This document shows, one piece after another, positions 6,187 to 15,766 of a DNA stretch of 64,000 nt; positions within the stretch are counted from its first letter, which is position 1, and each line of letters begins with the position of its first letter. Both the position numbers and the translations under genes were made by a program. The notes under the pieces are model-generated. The model worked only from the letters and a program-made list of their open reading frames with translations. It did not search any database and was not told where the DNA came from. Source of the DNA: a virus; IMG/VR virus record IMGVR_UViG_3300003323_000851, positions 1 through 64,000 of that record; one strand, written 5' to 3'.

Positions 6187-9100
6187 CTATTTAAACCTGA
6201 TCGTCCGGCCCCGGATCACAGGGTTCGTCGGCAGATCGTTTTTTAAAGATACGAGAATATAGGCAGGCATTTCGGTAACAGTCGGAATAGTTACCGTTCC
6301 GTTTGTCACCGTCAGTGGCGTGCTCACCCCGTCTTCATCGCCGTTGGCCCATGTGATCAGGGTTGCCGATTCGGCATTGCCGACTGTCACGACCTGGTTG
6401 GAGGTGGTAGAGCCGTTGTAAGTGCCGCGCCAGATGGTGTAGGCTTTCTTCAGTCGGTCCGTGTTGTGATCACGGCGGACCAGGGTCACGCCGGTAGAAT
6501 CGCCGTCAAGGATTGTAGAGCTCCATGCCTTATAATTCCACAGGGTATTGACCCGTGTGGCATAGGCGTACCAGACCGGTCTGCGGTAATACTCACTTAC
6601 CGGGAACGCGAATTTAAAGGTTACCATGCTCATACCCCCGAAGTTGCCGGAGCCGTCAGAGGTGTGCTTGTAATGGTAGACAGTCGAAACGCTATTAGGT
6701 ACACGGGCCGCTTGTTCCAGTGTCCGGATCTGCATGTAGGCGGCTACGGCACTATCCGGGAAACCGGTTACCGCAAACACCTGGTAAGGCGATGTTGTGG
6801 TGCTGAAGCCGATCTCCGTCCACTTCATGTCTTTGCCAGGGAAAACCCTGTCGCGGAATTTAGCGAATAGATCCATCCTGCGCTTAACCTGAAATTGCTC
6901 AGGGCTCACCGCTTGGGCCGTTACGTTCTGTGGCTGGCCATCGTAGTAGGTAGACTGGTACATATTGAAGCAAAGGCCCTGAATTTCATCGTTTATCTTG
7001 CTACCTGTACGGAAAAACGATACAATCTTATAGCCTTTCCATTTCATGGTGTCGGCCGAGTAAGTGGCACCAAGATAAACCAGCATGTCAGGATCAACCA
7101 GATGCACCGTGTCCCAAATGCTGCGCGACCGTGCCCAAATATCCTCCGGGTGGTGATGACGCCTGCCAAAGGTGGGCGTGCCTACAAAATCCGCGTCCCA
7201 TTCGTTCTCGTTCTCCAGTATCTTGATCTTCTTCTGCCCGGCGGTGCGATCGGCACCAAACTGTGAACCAATTACATACCGGTTCAGCGGTGCATTTATA
7301 TTGTTGCCCCACAGCCCGGCCAGTGCGCCAAATACACGTGCCGTGTTCTTTGCCCATTCGGCCGGCTGCGTACTGTCCGATCCCTTCACAATGTCTTTGA
7401 TCAAGTTGAGGTTGGCGATATTCGGCGAATACGAGGAATCGGTTATAGCGGGATCGGCCGGGAAGGAAGCCCCATTGATGTATAGCATCCCCTGCACACC
7501 CAGCCGCTTGTTGAACCGCAACACAGCCTTGTCCATATCACCGTAGGTATCAAGCACCACACGTTGCGCATTGAACGCATCGGTCACCGTGTGATTCCAG
7601 ATGCCGCCATTGGTCGGGTGCCGGAAGGACGGGTAAAGCGGTTTATCGCTCTGCGTTTTAGCATAGGTCGTGTCCATATTGCCAATGTCAGAACCGCCAA
7701 TGTGGTAGATGCCAGGGTCGGGAATGATCGTTGCCGTTTGATTTGGATCAATAATAGTGCTGGCCTTTTGCGCCTGATCCCCGTAAATTTGTATCTCGTA
7801 CATGGACGATGCCGCTGAGTTTACCCGGAACCGCAGGTAGCGAACGGCCTTGGTAATCGTATCGGCATTTCCTGGTACTGTGAACCAATCATTTGTAGGT
7901 AGTATTGCCTGCGTGAACGAGGTGGTCCACACCTGCGTGCGCGTGCTGTCATAAGCCATGACGTCCCATGTCTGGGTGACCAAATTGCTCCCGTGAAACA
8001 TCTTGATCTGCACATTGTTCCACGTGGAATCTTTTAGTTCCACAACGGCATCGATTGGTAGCTCGTAGGAATACACCCCGTTCAGCGTGTCGATCTTCTT
8101 CCGATTTCCCGCCACAAAAAAGTTCTGCATCCGGCCATTCCCCGACCATGGCCAGTAATAATCAGCTGTATTGATCGTTAGCGGATTGGTGCTGGTTGTG
8201 CCGGTCCATTTATACACTTGTACGGTGTCGTCAGCAGTCGCGCCGGCATTGTCTGTTACTACCAGCCTATAGGAGTAGAGACCCGGCGTCAGCCCGGTAA
8301 TATTAGTCACAGCAGAGCTCGGCGAGGCTAAGGTGCCACCGGACGGCCCGGATAGCTTGGTCCAGGCATACGACGCAATCGTGCCGTCCGGATCAGATGA
8401 GCCGCCGCCGTTCAGGATGGTTGAGGTAAACGCGCCGCCGATCACCTGGTTGGCGCCGGCGTTGGCGATGGGCGGCAGGTTGGTGCCTGGCGTCTTGTAA
8501 GCAGTCATGGCCCAGATGAAGCCGTTGGTACTACTATCAGTGCCCACATCATTAAAGAATGCGTTGATATTACCCCTCTGGCTCCATGTATCGAATCCAT
8601 GCGTACCGGTAGGGTTCCACTTCAGGCGTTTGTCCACATTCGGTGTGCCTGGCAGATCACTATATAAAAACGAGCTGAACGAGAACGGGGTCAGGCAGTT
8701 ACCATCACCCCGGTACGACCCGCCACATGGCGCGCTGGTGCAATCAGGGCAGCCGTAATACAAGGAATTTTTAGACAGGGCGGCAGCGGCCTGCAAATCG
8801 CTGTTGTTCGCTACACTGATACCCGACATGCTTAATGTCATGCCCCAGATGTTCCGGTAACTATTGGCCAGCCCAAAAAGGTTTTGCTTGAACGACCACA
8901 TATTTCCTACGCCTGCGCTGACGCCTACGAGCAAGAACTTGGTGTGATCGGCGGTATCAGCAGGCATGTTGCCGAAGACAAACGACATTTCATTGGCATA
9001 TGAGTTATCAAAATAGCCTTGGTCACCGTTGACGATCACGCGGATGCGGCCAGTGCCACCGCCTGGTAGTGGCACAAGTCCGTTCCACCCGGCGTTTACC

Positions 9101-9348
9101 ATATTTAGAATAATGAACGACTTCAGGGTGGTAGTGTCAAATTCATTCTGGCCTGCGCCGCCAAACACGTAACAAGTTAATCCTGTATGGTAGTCAAAAC
9201 CGGGAGAATGATAATAAGCTACATATTTCCCACCACCTACAGCCCACGCCCTCACAGTGCCCTCAACATAATTTGTTGGTTGTCCGGATGCTTTCTGAAA
9301 AAGCATCAAAAGGGTGAGGGGCAAAAAATATTTAATTGATATGCCCAA
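6187..9348 (-). CDS. 1053-aa multidomain carbohydrate-active protein: signal peptide, esterase-like domain, PKD domain, discoidin/CBM-like domain, C-terminal glycosidase-like region
   Basis: N-terminus MGISIKYFLPLTLLMLFQKASG-QP looks like a Sec signal. GVSAG elbow. PKD-like SSDPDGTIASYAWTKLSGP...VVTDNAGATADDTV. YLRFRVNS...YEIQIYG is discoidin-like. Confidence 0.7.
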   Translation of the reverse strand: MGISIKYFLPLTLLMLFQKASGQPTNYVEGTVRAWAVGGGKYVAYYHSPGFDYHTGLTCYVFGGAGQNEFDTTTLKSFIILNMVNAGWNGLVPLPGGGTGRIRVIVNGDQGYFDNSYANEMSFVFGNMPADTADHTKFLLVGVSAGVGNMWSFKQNLFGLANSYRNIWGMTLSMSGISVANNSDLQAAAALSKNSLYYGCPDCTSAPCGGSYRGDGNCLTPFSFSSFLYSDLPGTPNVDKRLKWNPTGTHGFDTWSQRGNINAFFNDVGTDSSTNGFIWAMTAYKTPGTNLPPIANAGANQVIGGAFTSTILNGGGSSDPDGTIASYAWTKLSGPSGGTLASPSSAVTNITGLTPGLYSYRLVVTDNAGATADDTVQVYKWTGTTSTNPLTINTADYYWPWSGNGRMQNFFVAGNRKKIDTLNGVYSYELPIDAVVELKDSTWNNVQIKMFHGSNLVTQTWDVMAYDSTRTQVWTTSFTQAILPTNDWFTVPGNADTITKAVRYLRFRVNSAASSMYEIQIYGDQAQKASTIIDPNQTATIIPDPGIYHIGGSDIGNMDTTYAKTQSDKPLYPSFRHPTNGGIWNHTVTDAFNAQRVVLDTYGDMDKAVLRFNKRLGVQGMLYINGASFPADPAITDSSYSPNIANLNLIKDIVKGSDSTQPAEWAKNTARVFGALAGLWGNNINAPLNRYVIGSQFGADRTAGQKKIKILENENEWDADFVGTPTFGRRHHHPEDIWARSRSIWDTVHLVDPDMLVYLGATYSADTMKWKGYKIVSFFRTGSKINDEIQGLCFNMYQSTYYDGQPQNVTAQAVSPEQFQVKRRMDLFAKFRDRVFPGKDMKWTEIGFSTTTSPYQVFAVTGFPDSAVAAYMQIRTLEQAARVPNSVSTVYHYKHTSDGSGNFGGMSMVTFKFAFPVSEYYRRPVWYAYATRVNTLWNYKAWSSTILDGDSTGVTLVRRDHNTDRLKKAYTIWRGTYNGSTTSNQVVTVGNAESATLITWANGDEDGVSTPLTVTNGTVTIPTVTEMPAYILVSLKNDLPTNPVIRGRTIRFK

Positions 9349-10213
9349 AGGAGTACGATATTTGTTTTACTTCATTTTCAATCTGGCTTAGCGTGCCGGG
9401 TCTATTCTTTTGACTCAATGCCAAGTTTAGCGGCCATCCTTTTTTCAATCGAGCATGCAATTGTTTATAGTTGCAGCCATATAATTCACTCCACTGTATA
9501 AGAGACTTTTTCTTGCCTTGATAAGAGATCATTCGAGTAGTTCGCTTGTTTCTGTTTTGTTCTTTTCGAGTAGCCCATCTACAATTATCAGGACCGTAAG
9601 GACCATCATTATTGTTTCTTTCAAGGGTATGGCCGGGTGATGGGCGCGGGCCCATATCGGCAAAGAAATTATCAAAAGATTGAAGCCATCTTTCGCAAAT
9701 TTTTATTCCTCGTCCCCCATAATCAGGATAGGATTTAAAATCCGCCTTGAGGCATCTCGTTCTCATTCCGTGATATATATAATACTCTGGACGTTTTATT
9801 TTTGGACCAAACCCATTATGCCTAATAGCAAGTTTGCCTCTACAGCCACAGGAAGCGCCAGATTCCAGCCGGGAGATTCTATACTGGAACTCTTGACCGC
9901 AAGGGCACTTTACTTTAGCAATGGAATGCTTAGGATGAGGTATTTTTTCAAGGAAAGTACAAATACCAATTGTATCGCCCTGTGTATACATGCGACTACA
10001 ACCGCAGTCTTTACGCTTTCCGTTTTTTATTTTAGACATGACTGACCCAAACTCCTGGCCGCATTTGTTGCAAATGAAAAAGGCATAGCGTTCAGAATAT
10101 CCTTCAACTTCTCGAACAAATTGAAATCCAGCATATATATCTCCTGCTTGGTATATTCTTTTCTGACTGCCTTTATAGTTCCCTTTTCTTTTAGACATGC
10201 TTAAAATTAACAC
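9332..10213 (-). CDS. HNH-like homing-endonuclease-related DNA-binding protein with two Cys-rich repeats
   Basis: YGGRGIKICERW...FFADMGPRPSPGHTLERNNNDGPYGPDNCRWATRKEQNRN, plus duplicated C..CGQEF...CGC motifs. Visibly A+T-rich. Confidence 0.55.
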   Translation of the reverse strand: MLILSMSKRKGNYKGSQKRIYQAGDIYAGFQFVREVEGYSERYAFFICNKCGQEFGSVMSKIKNGKRKDCGCSRMYTQGDTIGICTFLEKIPHPKHSIAKVKCPCGQEFQYRISRLESGASCGCRGKLAIRHNGFGPKIKRPEYYIYHGMRTRCLKADFKSYPDYGGRGIKICERWLQSFDNFFADMGPRPSPGHTLERNNNDGPYGPDNCRWATRKEQNRNKRTTRMISYQGKKKSLIQWSELYGCNYKQLHARLKKGWPLNLALSQKNRPGTLSQIENEVKQISYSFGHIN

Positions 10214-10238
10214 TATATTGCGGTATATTTTGCTTCAT

Positions 10239-10269
10239 CCCCTGCTTCGTTCTCGTAGCGGGGTTTTTT
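10239..10269 (+). terminator. hairpin plus T-run with plus-strand polarity between two minus-strand genes
   Basis: CCCC(T)GC/GCGGGG stem followed by a T6 run on the plus strand. Confidence 0.4.
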
Positions 10270-11368
10270 ATTTTATCAGAGGGAGGTTTATATCAGCCCA
10301 TGAAGTGTATTCAGTCATAGCGGCAAGGTGGCCAATTTTAGACCAGTGAATCCGGTCACCGGGTGTGTCCTGATCGCTGTAGAATGATACGCTGCCGGAT
10401 GGATTTATCCCGCCGAAATTATGGTACCACAGTTTCTCGGCTCCCTGGTCGATCGCCGCCTGCACTCTGGCTGCCATGATCTGTCGTACCAACACGCAAC
10501 CGCCTTCCCGTACAGCCTCTTCGGCAGGCCCCGGCCCCATCACCAGCATATTGCTACCGGCCTGTATACCTTGCTGCCATTTGATGAGCGCATCGATGTT
10601 GGCGGCTACGGCCAGTTGCTCTGAATTGTTCAGCCCGCTTTGCGCATCGTTCACACCCATACAGTAGGTAATCAGGTCAGATTTCACGTCACAATACCCG
10701 TTTTTAATATGAGCCGCCATATCGCTTGTCGTGCGGCCGCCCTCCGCCTTGTTAACGATGCGCACATCCTGACCCTTGAACCGGTAGTAATCACGGATCA
10801 TCCAGCCATACATATCCGTACTAATGTAGGAATTGATGGCACCCAACGATCCTTTGCCGATGCTGTCTGCAATCAATAAGTAGGTGAAGTCTGCGTTCCA
10901 GTTCAGGTCATTGGTAAATTCCGTGGCGCCACAGCTCATCTGCACAAAGCCGGTTACGCCCGTTACCTGCACGTCCGTATATCTCAGTTTCAGTTGCGTG
11001 TTCTCGGGAATCCAGAAGGGGGATGAGAATTTGAAAATGCCTGTTTCTCCTGCCTTGATCTTTTTACGCTGCTCGTGGTTGTATGCAAATCCGGTATCCA
11101 CGCCGATGTAACCAGCCGCCCCAATTCCATTCTGCACCTCATACACTTGTAGTTGCAGGTCTTTATTCGTCTCATTCTGTACCTCTACCTGATCAATCCA
11201 CGCTGCCCTGCCCGCCAAGGTATACATCTGTGTGACCTGATCGCCGGTGTTCAGTGTTGCATTGGTATAGGCACGACCCTTTGAGCCGTCCGGGCCGAAT
11301 GCAAACGATTCCTGCGCGCATCGCTGCTGCCAGGTCTTCTCTCTGTCTTTGACTGGAAATCCTACCAT
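10268..11368 (-). CDS. SGNH/GDSL-family esterase with N-terminal beta-rich domain (tail-associated acetylesterase candidate)
   Basis: Block I LLIADSIGKGS, block III YCMGVNDA and block V GDRIHWS. Confidence 0.75.
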   Translation of the reverse strand: MVGFPVKDREKTWQQRCAQESFAFGPDGSKGRAYTNATLNTGDQVTQMYTLAGRAAWIDQVEVQNETNKDLQLQVYEVQNGIGAAGYIGVDTGFAYNHEQRKKIKAGETGIFKFSSPFWIPENTQLKLRYTDVQVTGVTGFVQMSCGATEFTNDLNWNADFTYLLIADSIGKGSLGAINSYISTDMYGWMIRDYYRFKGQDVRIVNKAEGGRTTSDMAAHIKNGYCDVKSDLITYCMGVNDAQSGLNNSEQLAVAANIDALIKWQQGIQAGSNMLVMGPGPAEEAVREGGCVLVRQIMAARVQAAIDQGAEKLWYHNFGGINPSGSVSFYSDQDTPGDRIHWSKIGHLAAMTEYTSWADINLPLIK

Positions 11369-11372
11369 AGCT

Positions 11373-11672
11373 TTAAGTTAGTACCTCCACTGGCTGTGAG
11401 GCTGTCCACATAATAATGTTTTCGCTCGGGATGTATTCAAAGATACGGTTCGGGCCGTAGCTGCTGTCTTTTACAAAAGCTCGCATAAACAAATCTTTGC
11501 CATCCGCCTTGTTCTGGGCAATGGTTGTCTTCAGGTCGTCATAGGTATTGAAAGTATCGGTAATGCCGGAGGTGACCATACGTAGCAAGATGCTGTTCAG
11601 GCGTAGATTCTGAAACGGATCTATGGCACTGTTGCGGACGTATTGGTTGATATCATCGGTGAGTTGGCTCAT
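11373..11672 (-). CDS. small tail-fibre-associated protein sharing an N-terminal module with the 994-aa fibre
   Basis: The ORF is open to 11744, but ATG 11670-11672 overlaps the upstream stop (ATGA). MSQLTDDINQYVRNSAIDPFQNLRLNSILLRMV. Confidence 0.55.
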   Translation of the reverse strand: MSQLTDDINQYVRNSAIDPFQNLRLNSILLRMVTSGITDTFNTYDDLKTTIAQNKADGKDLFMRAFVKDSSYGPNRIFEYIPSENIIMWTASQPVEVLT

Positions 11673-12421
11673 CAGTCCAGCACCTCCCGGCCACGTACAT
11701 AGGTGATTGTGGTAGTTCCTGAACTGGTTTGTGTCATACGGCACAGTGCATTTGGCGGCACTTCAAAGGCTATCACGCCAGTCTGTATGGTTACAGAGTT
11801 GAGCGCTACCGCTAAGGTCACCGTGTTTGAGTTCTGCACTTCTGGCCCATCAATCCAGTTGCTGCCGCCATCTGTACTGTATTGAAACAGTACAAGGCCT
11901 GATGATGCCGACCCGATTGTAGCCGTACAGGTAATGCGAATGGTATAGTAAACTCGCGCCCATCGGGTAGTACTGGGCGTATAAGTGGTGCCGGTAATTG
12001 ATCGGGTCACGGCACTTGATGACGGATTGTCGCCTGCACTGACGCGGCCTTGTGCATCTGTTGTAAGTGTATGGTAACTTCCCGCCGTACCCACATTCGG
12101 CATACTGATGGTGCCGGAACTGGTGATCGTGCCACCGGACAGGCCGGTGCCTGCTGTCACGCTCGTAACGGTGCCAGAACTGGGAGTCGGCCAGGCAAGC
12201 TGCCTCAGCCACCTGCCGTTTCCTACTGTATTTGTGGGCTTAACCACACCACCGGTGAAATTGTCGCTGGCGGAGCTACTGGCATTCCACAACCAGACCG
12301 AAGGGGGAATATCGCCTGCAACAGTATCCCACAATACCAGCATGGATTCTGTAGGACTGGGCGTATCGCGGGCGTAAATGTCCGCTTTACTATCAGCTTT
12401 GATCAGTAAGGTAACACTCAT
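11672..12421 (-). CDS. tail fibre protein
   Basis: Gly/Ser/Thr-rich fibre repeat GTVTSVTAGTGLSGGTITSSGTISMPNVGTAGSY, with a beta-rich C-terminal domain. Confidence 0.65.
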   Translation of the reverse strand: MSVTLLIKADSKADIYARDTPSPTESMLVLWDTVAGDIPPSVWLWNASSSASDNFTGGVVKPTNTVGNGRWLRQLAWPTPSSGTVTSVTAGTGLSGGTITSSGTISMPNVGTAGSYHTLTTDAQGRVSAGDNPSSSAVTRSITGTTYTPSTTRWARVYYTIRITCTATIGSASSGLVLFQYSTDGGSNWIDGPEVQNSNTVTLAVALNSVTIQTGVIAFEVPPNALCRMTQTSSGTTTITYVRGREVLD

Positions 12422-12424
12422 GAT

Positions 12425-12769
12425 TTAGTTTTTGAACACCCGGCAATTGAAAGTAGCGGATGATGGGTTTAAGGTGGTCAGGCTTTCGTAGTTAATGAAC
12501 TCAATATTGACCGTATTGGTTGTACAGTAGGCGCGCCATTGGTACATTCCCGTCACAATACCATTAGGCAGCCCGAGTGCTACAGGATCGCCCGCTGACG
12601 CTCCGTTTACCGTAATTGTAAGGACATTGACGCTAAGCGGGGATGTGGCCGGGAAATCGAGCGTATTGGAGCCTGACAAAGGCGGCAAATACGCCTTTTC
12701 CGAAAACGAAACGATCACAATAGCAATCAATAAAATGCAACAAGCGGTCAGTAAGATATTTTTTATCAT
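12425..12769 (-). CDS. small N-terminally anchored beta-rich protein
   Basis: 114 aa. MIKNILLTACCILLIAIVIVSF looks like an anchor or signal segment. Confidence 0.5.
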   Translation of the reverse strand: MIKNILLTACCILLIAIVIVSFSEKAYLPPLSGSNTLDFPATSPLSVNVLTITVNGASAGDPVALGLPNGIVTGMYQWRAYCTTNTVNIEFINYESLTTLNPSSATFNCRVFKN

Positions 12770-12781
12770 GTTGTATATTTT

Positions 12782-15766
12782 TTACTCCACCAGCCAGTAT
12801 GTGCCATCGTTTACCAATATAAACGCCTGACCGGGTGTTATGCTGAATGTATTTACGGCACTTGTATTATAAATATCATTTCCTCCTGCGTTCGAGTTGA
12901 GCGTGATGTTGCCGCTACCCCGGTTCTTGATGTAAATTTTCACGTTCGTATTACCGCTCACAGCAGGCAGTGTCCAGGTGGTCGTTGTGCCGCTGAACAC
13001 CCAATCGCTGTAAAGGTTGCTAATGGTGAGCGTGCCAGCAGAAGAAACATTGACGCGGGTCTTTTCAAGTACGCCCCGTACGGCGGTGCTGTTTGTCTGA
13101 TAAAAGTTATCATCAATGTATTCTATAGAACCAGCTAGCGGAGTAGTTGTTAACGCGCCTCCGCCAGTGAGATTAATCTGTGGCGTACCGGTGCTATTCG
13201 CCCGGATGCCAATTGATCCTGCAGGCGCATTCGTACCCACACCGAACCGTCCATTCCCCCGAATGCGCATTTGTTCGCTCATGGTGCCGCCTGTTGATGT
13301 CAAAAACGCTAAGTCGGTTCCTTCCGCGCTGCCGGCCGTAAATGCCTGTGTAGAAAACGCCCTTATGGCCGCCACCACATTGTCGTTAGTAGAGCCGTCG
13401 CGTGTGCCGTATTCTAAGCTACCCAGCAGGTGTCCCGAAGCCGTAGGAAGGTCGCGGGAGAACAGTTTCAACGCTGGACCAGATGTGGAACTGGGCGTGG
13501 TAGTGCTGGAAATCAAATGCACTGGTGCTGCATTCTCCTGTGTCACCTGCGTGCCGTTGTATTGGTAACTGCTGTATGAACCCAGTGCGCCGTTTACGCC
13601 CACACCGATCCTATTGGTTGTCAGCACTACGCTGTCCCTGATCGTGCTATCGGTAACAACCCGGCCAATCCCCGCACCGGCAATCAGTCCCTTCCACTGC
13701 ACTTGCGACGGACTGATCTGGCGCATCAGGGTGTCGCCGAGGTTGGCATTATCCAGCGTCAGCGCATTGGCAGTGAGCGAGTCGTGAATTTGGGCGGCAA
13801 CCTGGGATGAGTTGAGACCGCCACCGCCGAAAGCGGAGGGCGCTACCGCTTTGATCACCCCGTTATTTTTTACCAAGATACTGTCTGTGTTTGTGCCGGT
13901 AGTCAGATTTACCAGCCGTGTAGGTCCTGCAAGCCAGTTTGTATCTGCTGCACCAGCCTGATAAAGAGCATACTTTACGCCAATGGTGGTAGTGTTATGC
14001 GGCCGCATGTAGATCTGATAGCCTGTATCTATTCCCGAGTTGAGCGAATTTAATTGGCCGCCGCCCGTTTGCAGCCAAACAAAGTTCTTCAGATTGTTAT
14101 AAGAACTTAATAAAACGTCTGCACGAATGGCAGAGAACCATCCTGTGCCAATATTTTCATTACCCACCGTCGAAGCCCCTGATATGTCAAAAGTAGCAGC
14201 TATGGCAGCCAAACTGGTGTTTACAGTTGTACCGCCCTCGAAGGTAGTCGTACCCGTGTATCCGGCTTTCTTACGTAAGAGAACACGACCTACCAGTGCA
14301 TTTGCACCTACGCCTGAATTGTTGCTTGCGGTGTTTTGAGCGCTTCCTGCAGATAATGCCAATCGGAAGTCGCCCGCAGCCATGAATGATGTTGCAATAC
14401 TTGTATTCGCATCGAATACGTATTCATTGAGCGCCGCCAGCCCCCTGATGTATTTCCCAGTCATAGAGGTAACTCCTGTCTGGGAATTATACAAGGTCAT
14501 ATACGAGGTTGATGTATATGGCTTCCCGACCATCAGTGTACTGTCAATGTGCACCTGGTGGGTTTGAGCTGTTGCAGTTCCCGGCATCGTACCGCCCAAT
14601 TTTGTAAATCCCTGATACCAGTTGTAGTCTTTTGTTCCCTCCTGTACATAGCCATAACCGTTTTTTACCTCGTTGAAGTCTGTATAGGCAGGGCGTGCCC
14701 AGAAGTGCGCGAAAGTGTCAACGGTTGATACAGCCAGCGTCTTAGCCTTGGAGGGGCTGGAAGTATGTGGGATAATAGTACCATAGCCCATGAACCCTAC
14801 ATGCCGCTGCACATACGAGCCATATTCTGTTGTGCCGCTATTGATTGTGCCCTGATGAGAGCGCCAATCGGCAAGAAAGTTAACCATGCCATTACCATAC
14901 ACCTCCCGCTTAAACGCGTCACTACTGCGGGCGTAATCAATGCCTGAGCGGTAGACGGCCAATGGGTAGTATGGTATGTTTGTACTTGAAACTACATCAA
15001 TGCGATACTTGCTACTCTGCCCTATTCCAAAGTCACCGGCAAAAGCCGATCCTGTGGCGCCATAGGGGCTGGAGCGTATATAGGCTGTATCAGGCGGAAA
15101 CAATTGCGAAATACTATAAGCGCCGCCATACGGCCAGAAATAGGGGCTGGATGAAGACAAAAACGCCTTATTAGTGGTATTAAAAGTATTGCGCGTTTGG
15201 AATTGGGCTGCCCCGCCATATTGCCGTTGCGCTATAGCAGAATCACCGAAACCGCGGCTTACGTAAAGGTTAGCACGATCATAGATAGTATCACCTGGGG
15301 CGGTACCGAGACCTGAGTAATAATAATCATCCGCGCTGTCGGTATTGCTGATGGATAGATACCTGAACGGACCGGAGTACTTCTTGTTGACTGTTCGGAT
15401 TTGAGTGTTTTCCGTGAGGATGCCGCCGAGTTTTATCGAGTCTGCAAAACTGCGGATGCCGTTTTTAGCTATCGTGAACGTCCCTCCTCCCCCGCCCCCC
15501 GGCAGTGTCACCGCGAACGTATCCTTGCCGACGGTTATGATCCGCAAGGTAGTCCCACTTACCTCTACTTTCTTGATGCCCAGACTATCAGCCTGCGAAA
15601 CCATGCCGAGCAGGGCTGTGTTGAGCCGCAGGTTAGTGAACGCATCGACAGCGCTGTTCCTGATCCACTTGTTGATGAACTTTACCAGGCTGTCTTTGGT
15701 CGGAAACTGAGCCTGAGCCGCCGAAGCGGTGCAGGCCAGCAATAATATGAATAGTAGCTTTTTCAT
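12782..15766 (-). CDS. 994-aa tail-fibre-like protein with Sec-type signal peptide
   Basis: MKKLLFILLLACTASAAQA-Q at the N-terminus, a G6 tract, and long Gly/Ser/Thr-rich beta sequence. The C-terminal end TPGQAFILVNDGTYWLVE resembles a fibre knob. Confidence 0.7.
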   Translation of the reverse strand: MKKLLFILLLACTASAAQAQFPTKDSLVKFINKWIRNSAVDAFTNLRLNTALLGMVSQADSLGIKKVEVSGTTLRIITVGKDTFAVTLPGGGGGGTFTIAKNGIRSFADSIKLGGILTENTQIRTVNKKYSGPFRYLSISNTDSADDYYYSGLGTAPGDTIYDRANLYVSRGFGDSAIAQRQYGGAAQFQTRNTFNTTNKAFLSSSSPYFWPYGGAYSISQLFPPDTAYIRSSPYGATGSAFAGDFGIGQSSKYRIDVVSSTNIPYYPLAVYRSGIDYARSSDAFKREVYGNGMVNFLADWRSHQGTINSGTTEYGSYVQRHVGFMGYGTIIPHTSSPSKAKTLAVSTVDTFAHFWARPAYTDFNEVKNGYGYVQEGTKDYNWYQGFTKLGGTMPGTATAQTHQVHIDSTLMVGKPYTSTSYMTLYNSQTGVTSMTGKYIRGLAALNEYVFDANTSIATSFMAAGDFRLALSAGSAQNTASNNSGVGANALVGRVLLRKKAGYTGTTTFEGGTTVNTSLAAIAATFDISGASTVGNENIGTGWFSAIRADVLLSSYNNLKNFVWLQTGGGQLNSLNSGIDTGYQIYMRPHNTTTIGVKYALYQAGAADTNWLAGPTRLVNLTTGTNTDSILVKNNGVIKAVAPSAFGGGGLNSSQVAAQIHDSLTANALTLDNANLGDTLMRQISPSQVQWKGLIAGAGIGRVVTDSTIRDSVVLTTNRIGVGVNGALGSYSSYQYNGTQVTQENAAPVHLISSTTTPSSTSGPALKLFSRDLPTASGHLLGSLEYGTRDGSTNDNVVAAIRAFSTQAFTAGSAEGTDLAFLTSTGGTMSEQMRIRGNGRFGVGTNAPAGSIGIRANSTGTPQINLTGGGALTTTPLAGSIEYIDDNFYQTNSTAVRGVLEKTRVNVSSAGTLTISNLYSDWVFSGTTTTWTLPAVSGNTNVKIYIKNRGSGNITLNSNAGGNDIYNTSAVNTFSITPGQAFILVNDGTYWLVE

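Noticed and set aside
6466-8758. Plus-strand ORFs (for example 6466..6870, 6895..7266, 7172..7546, 7564..7818, 8507..8758) inside the 1053-aa gene
   Set aside because: They are antisense shadow ORFs within a long, motif-supported minus-strand gene. They are Arg/Gly/Pro-rich with no motifs.
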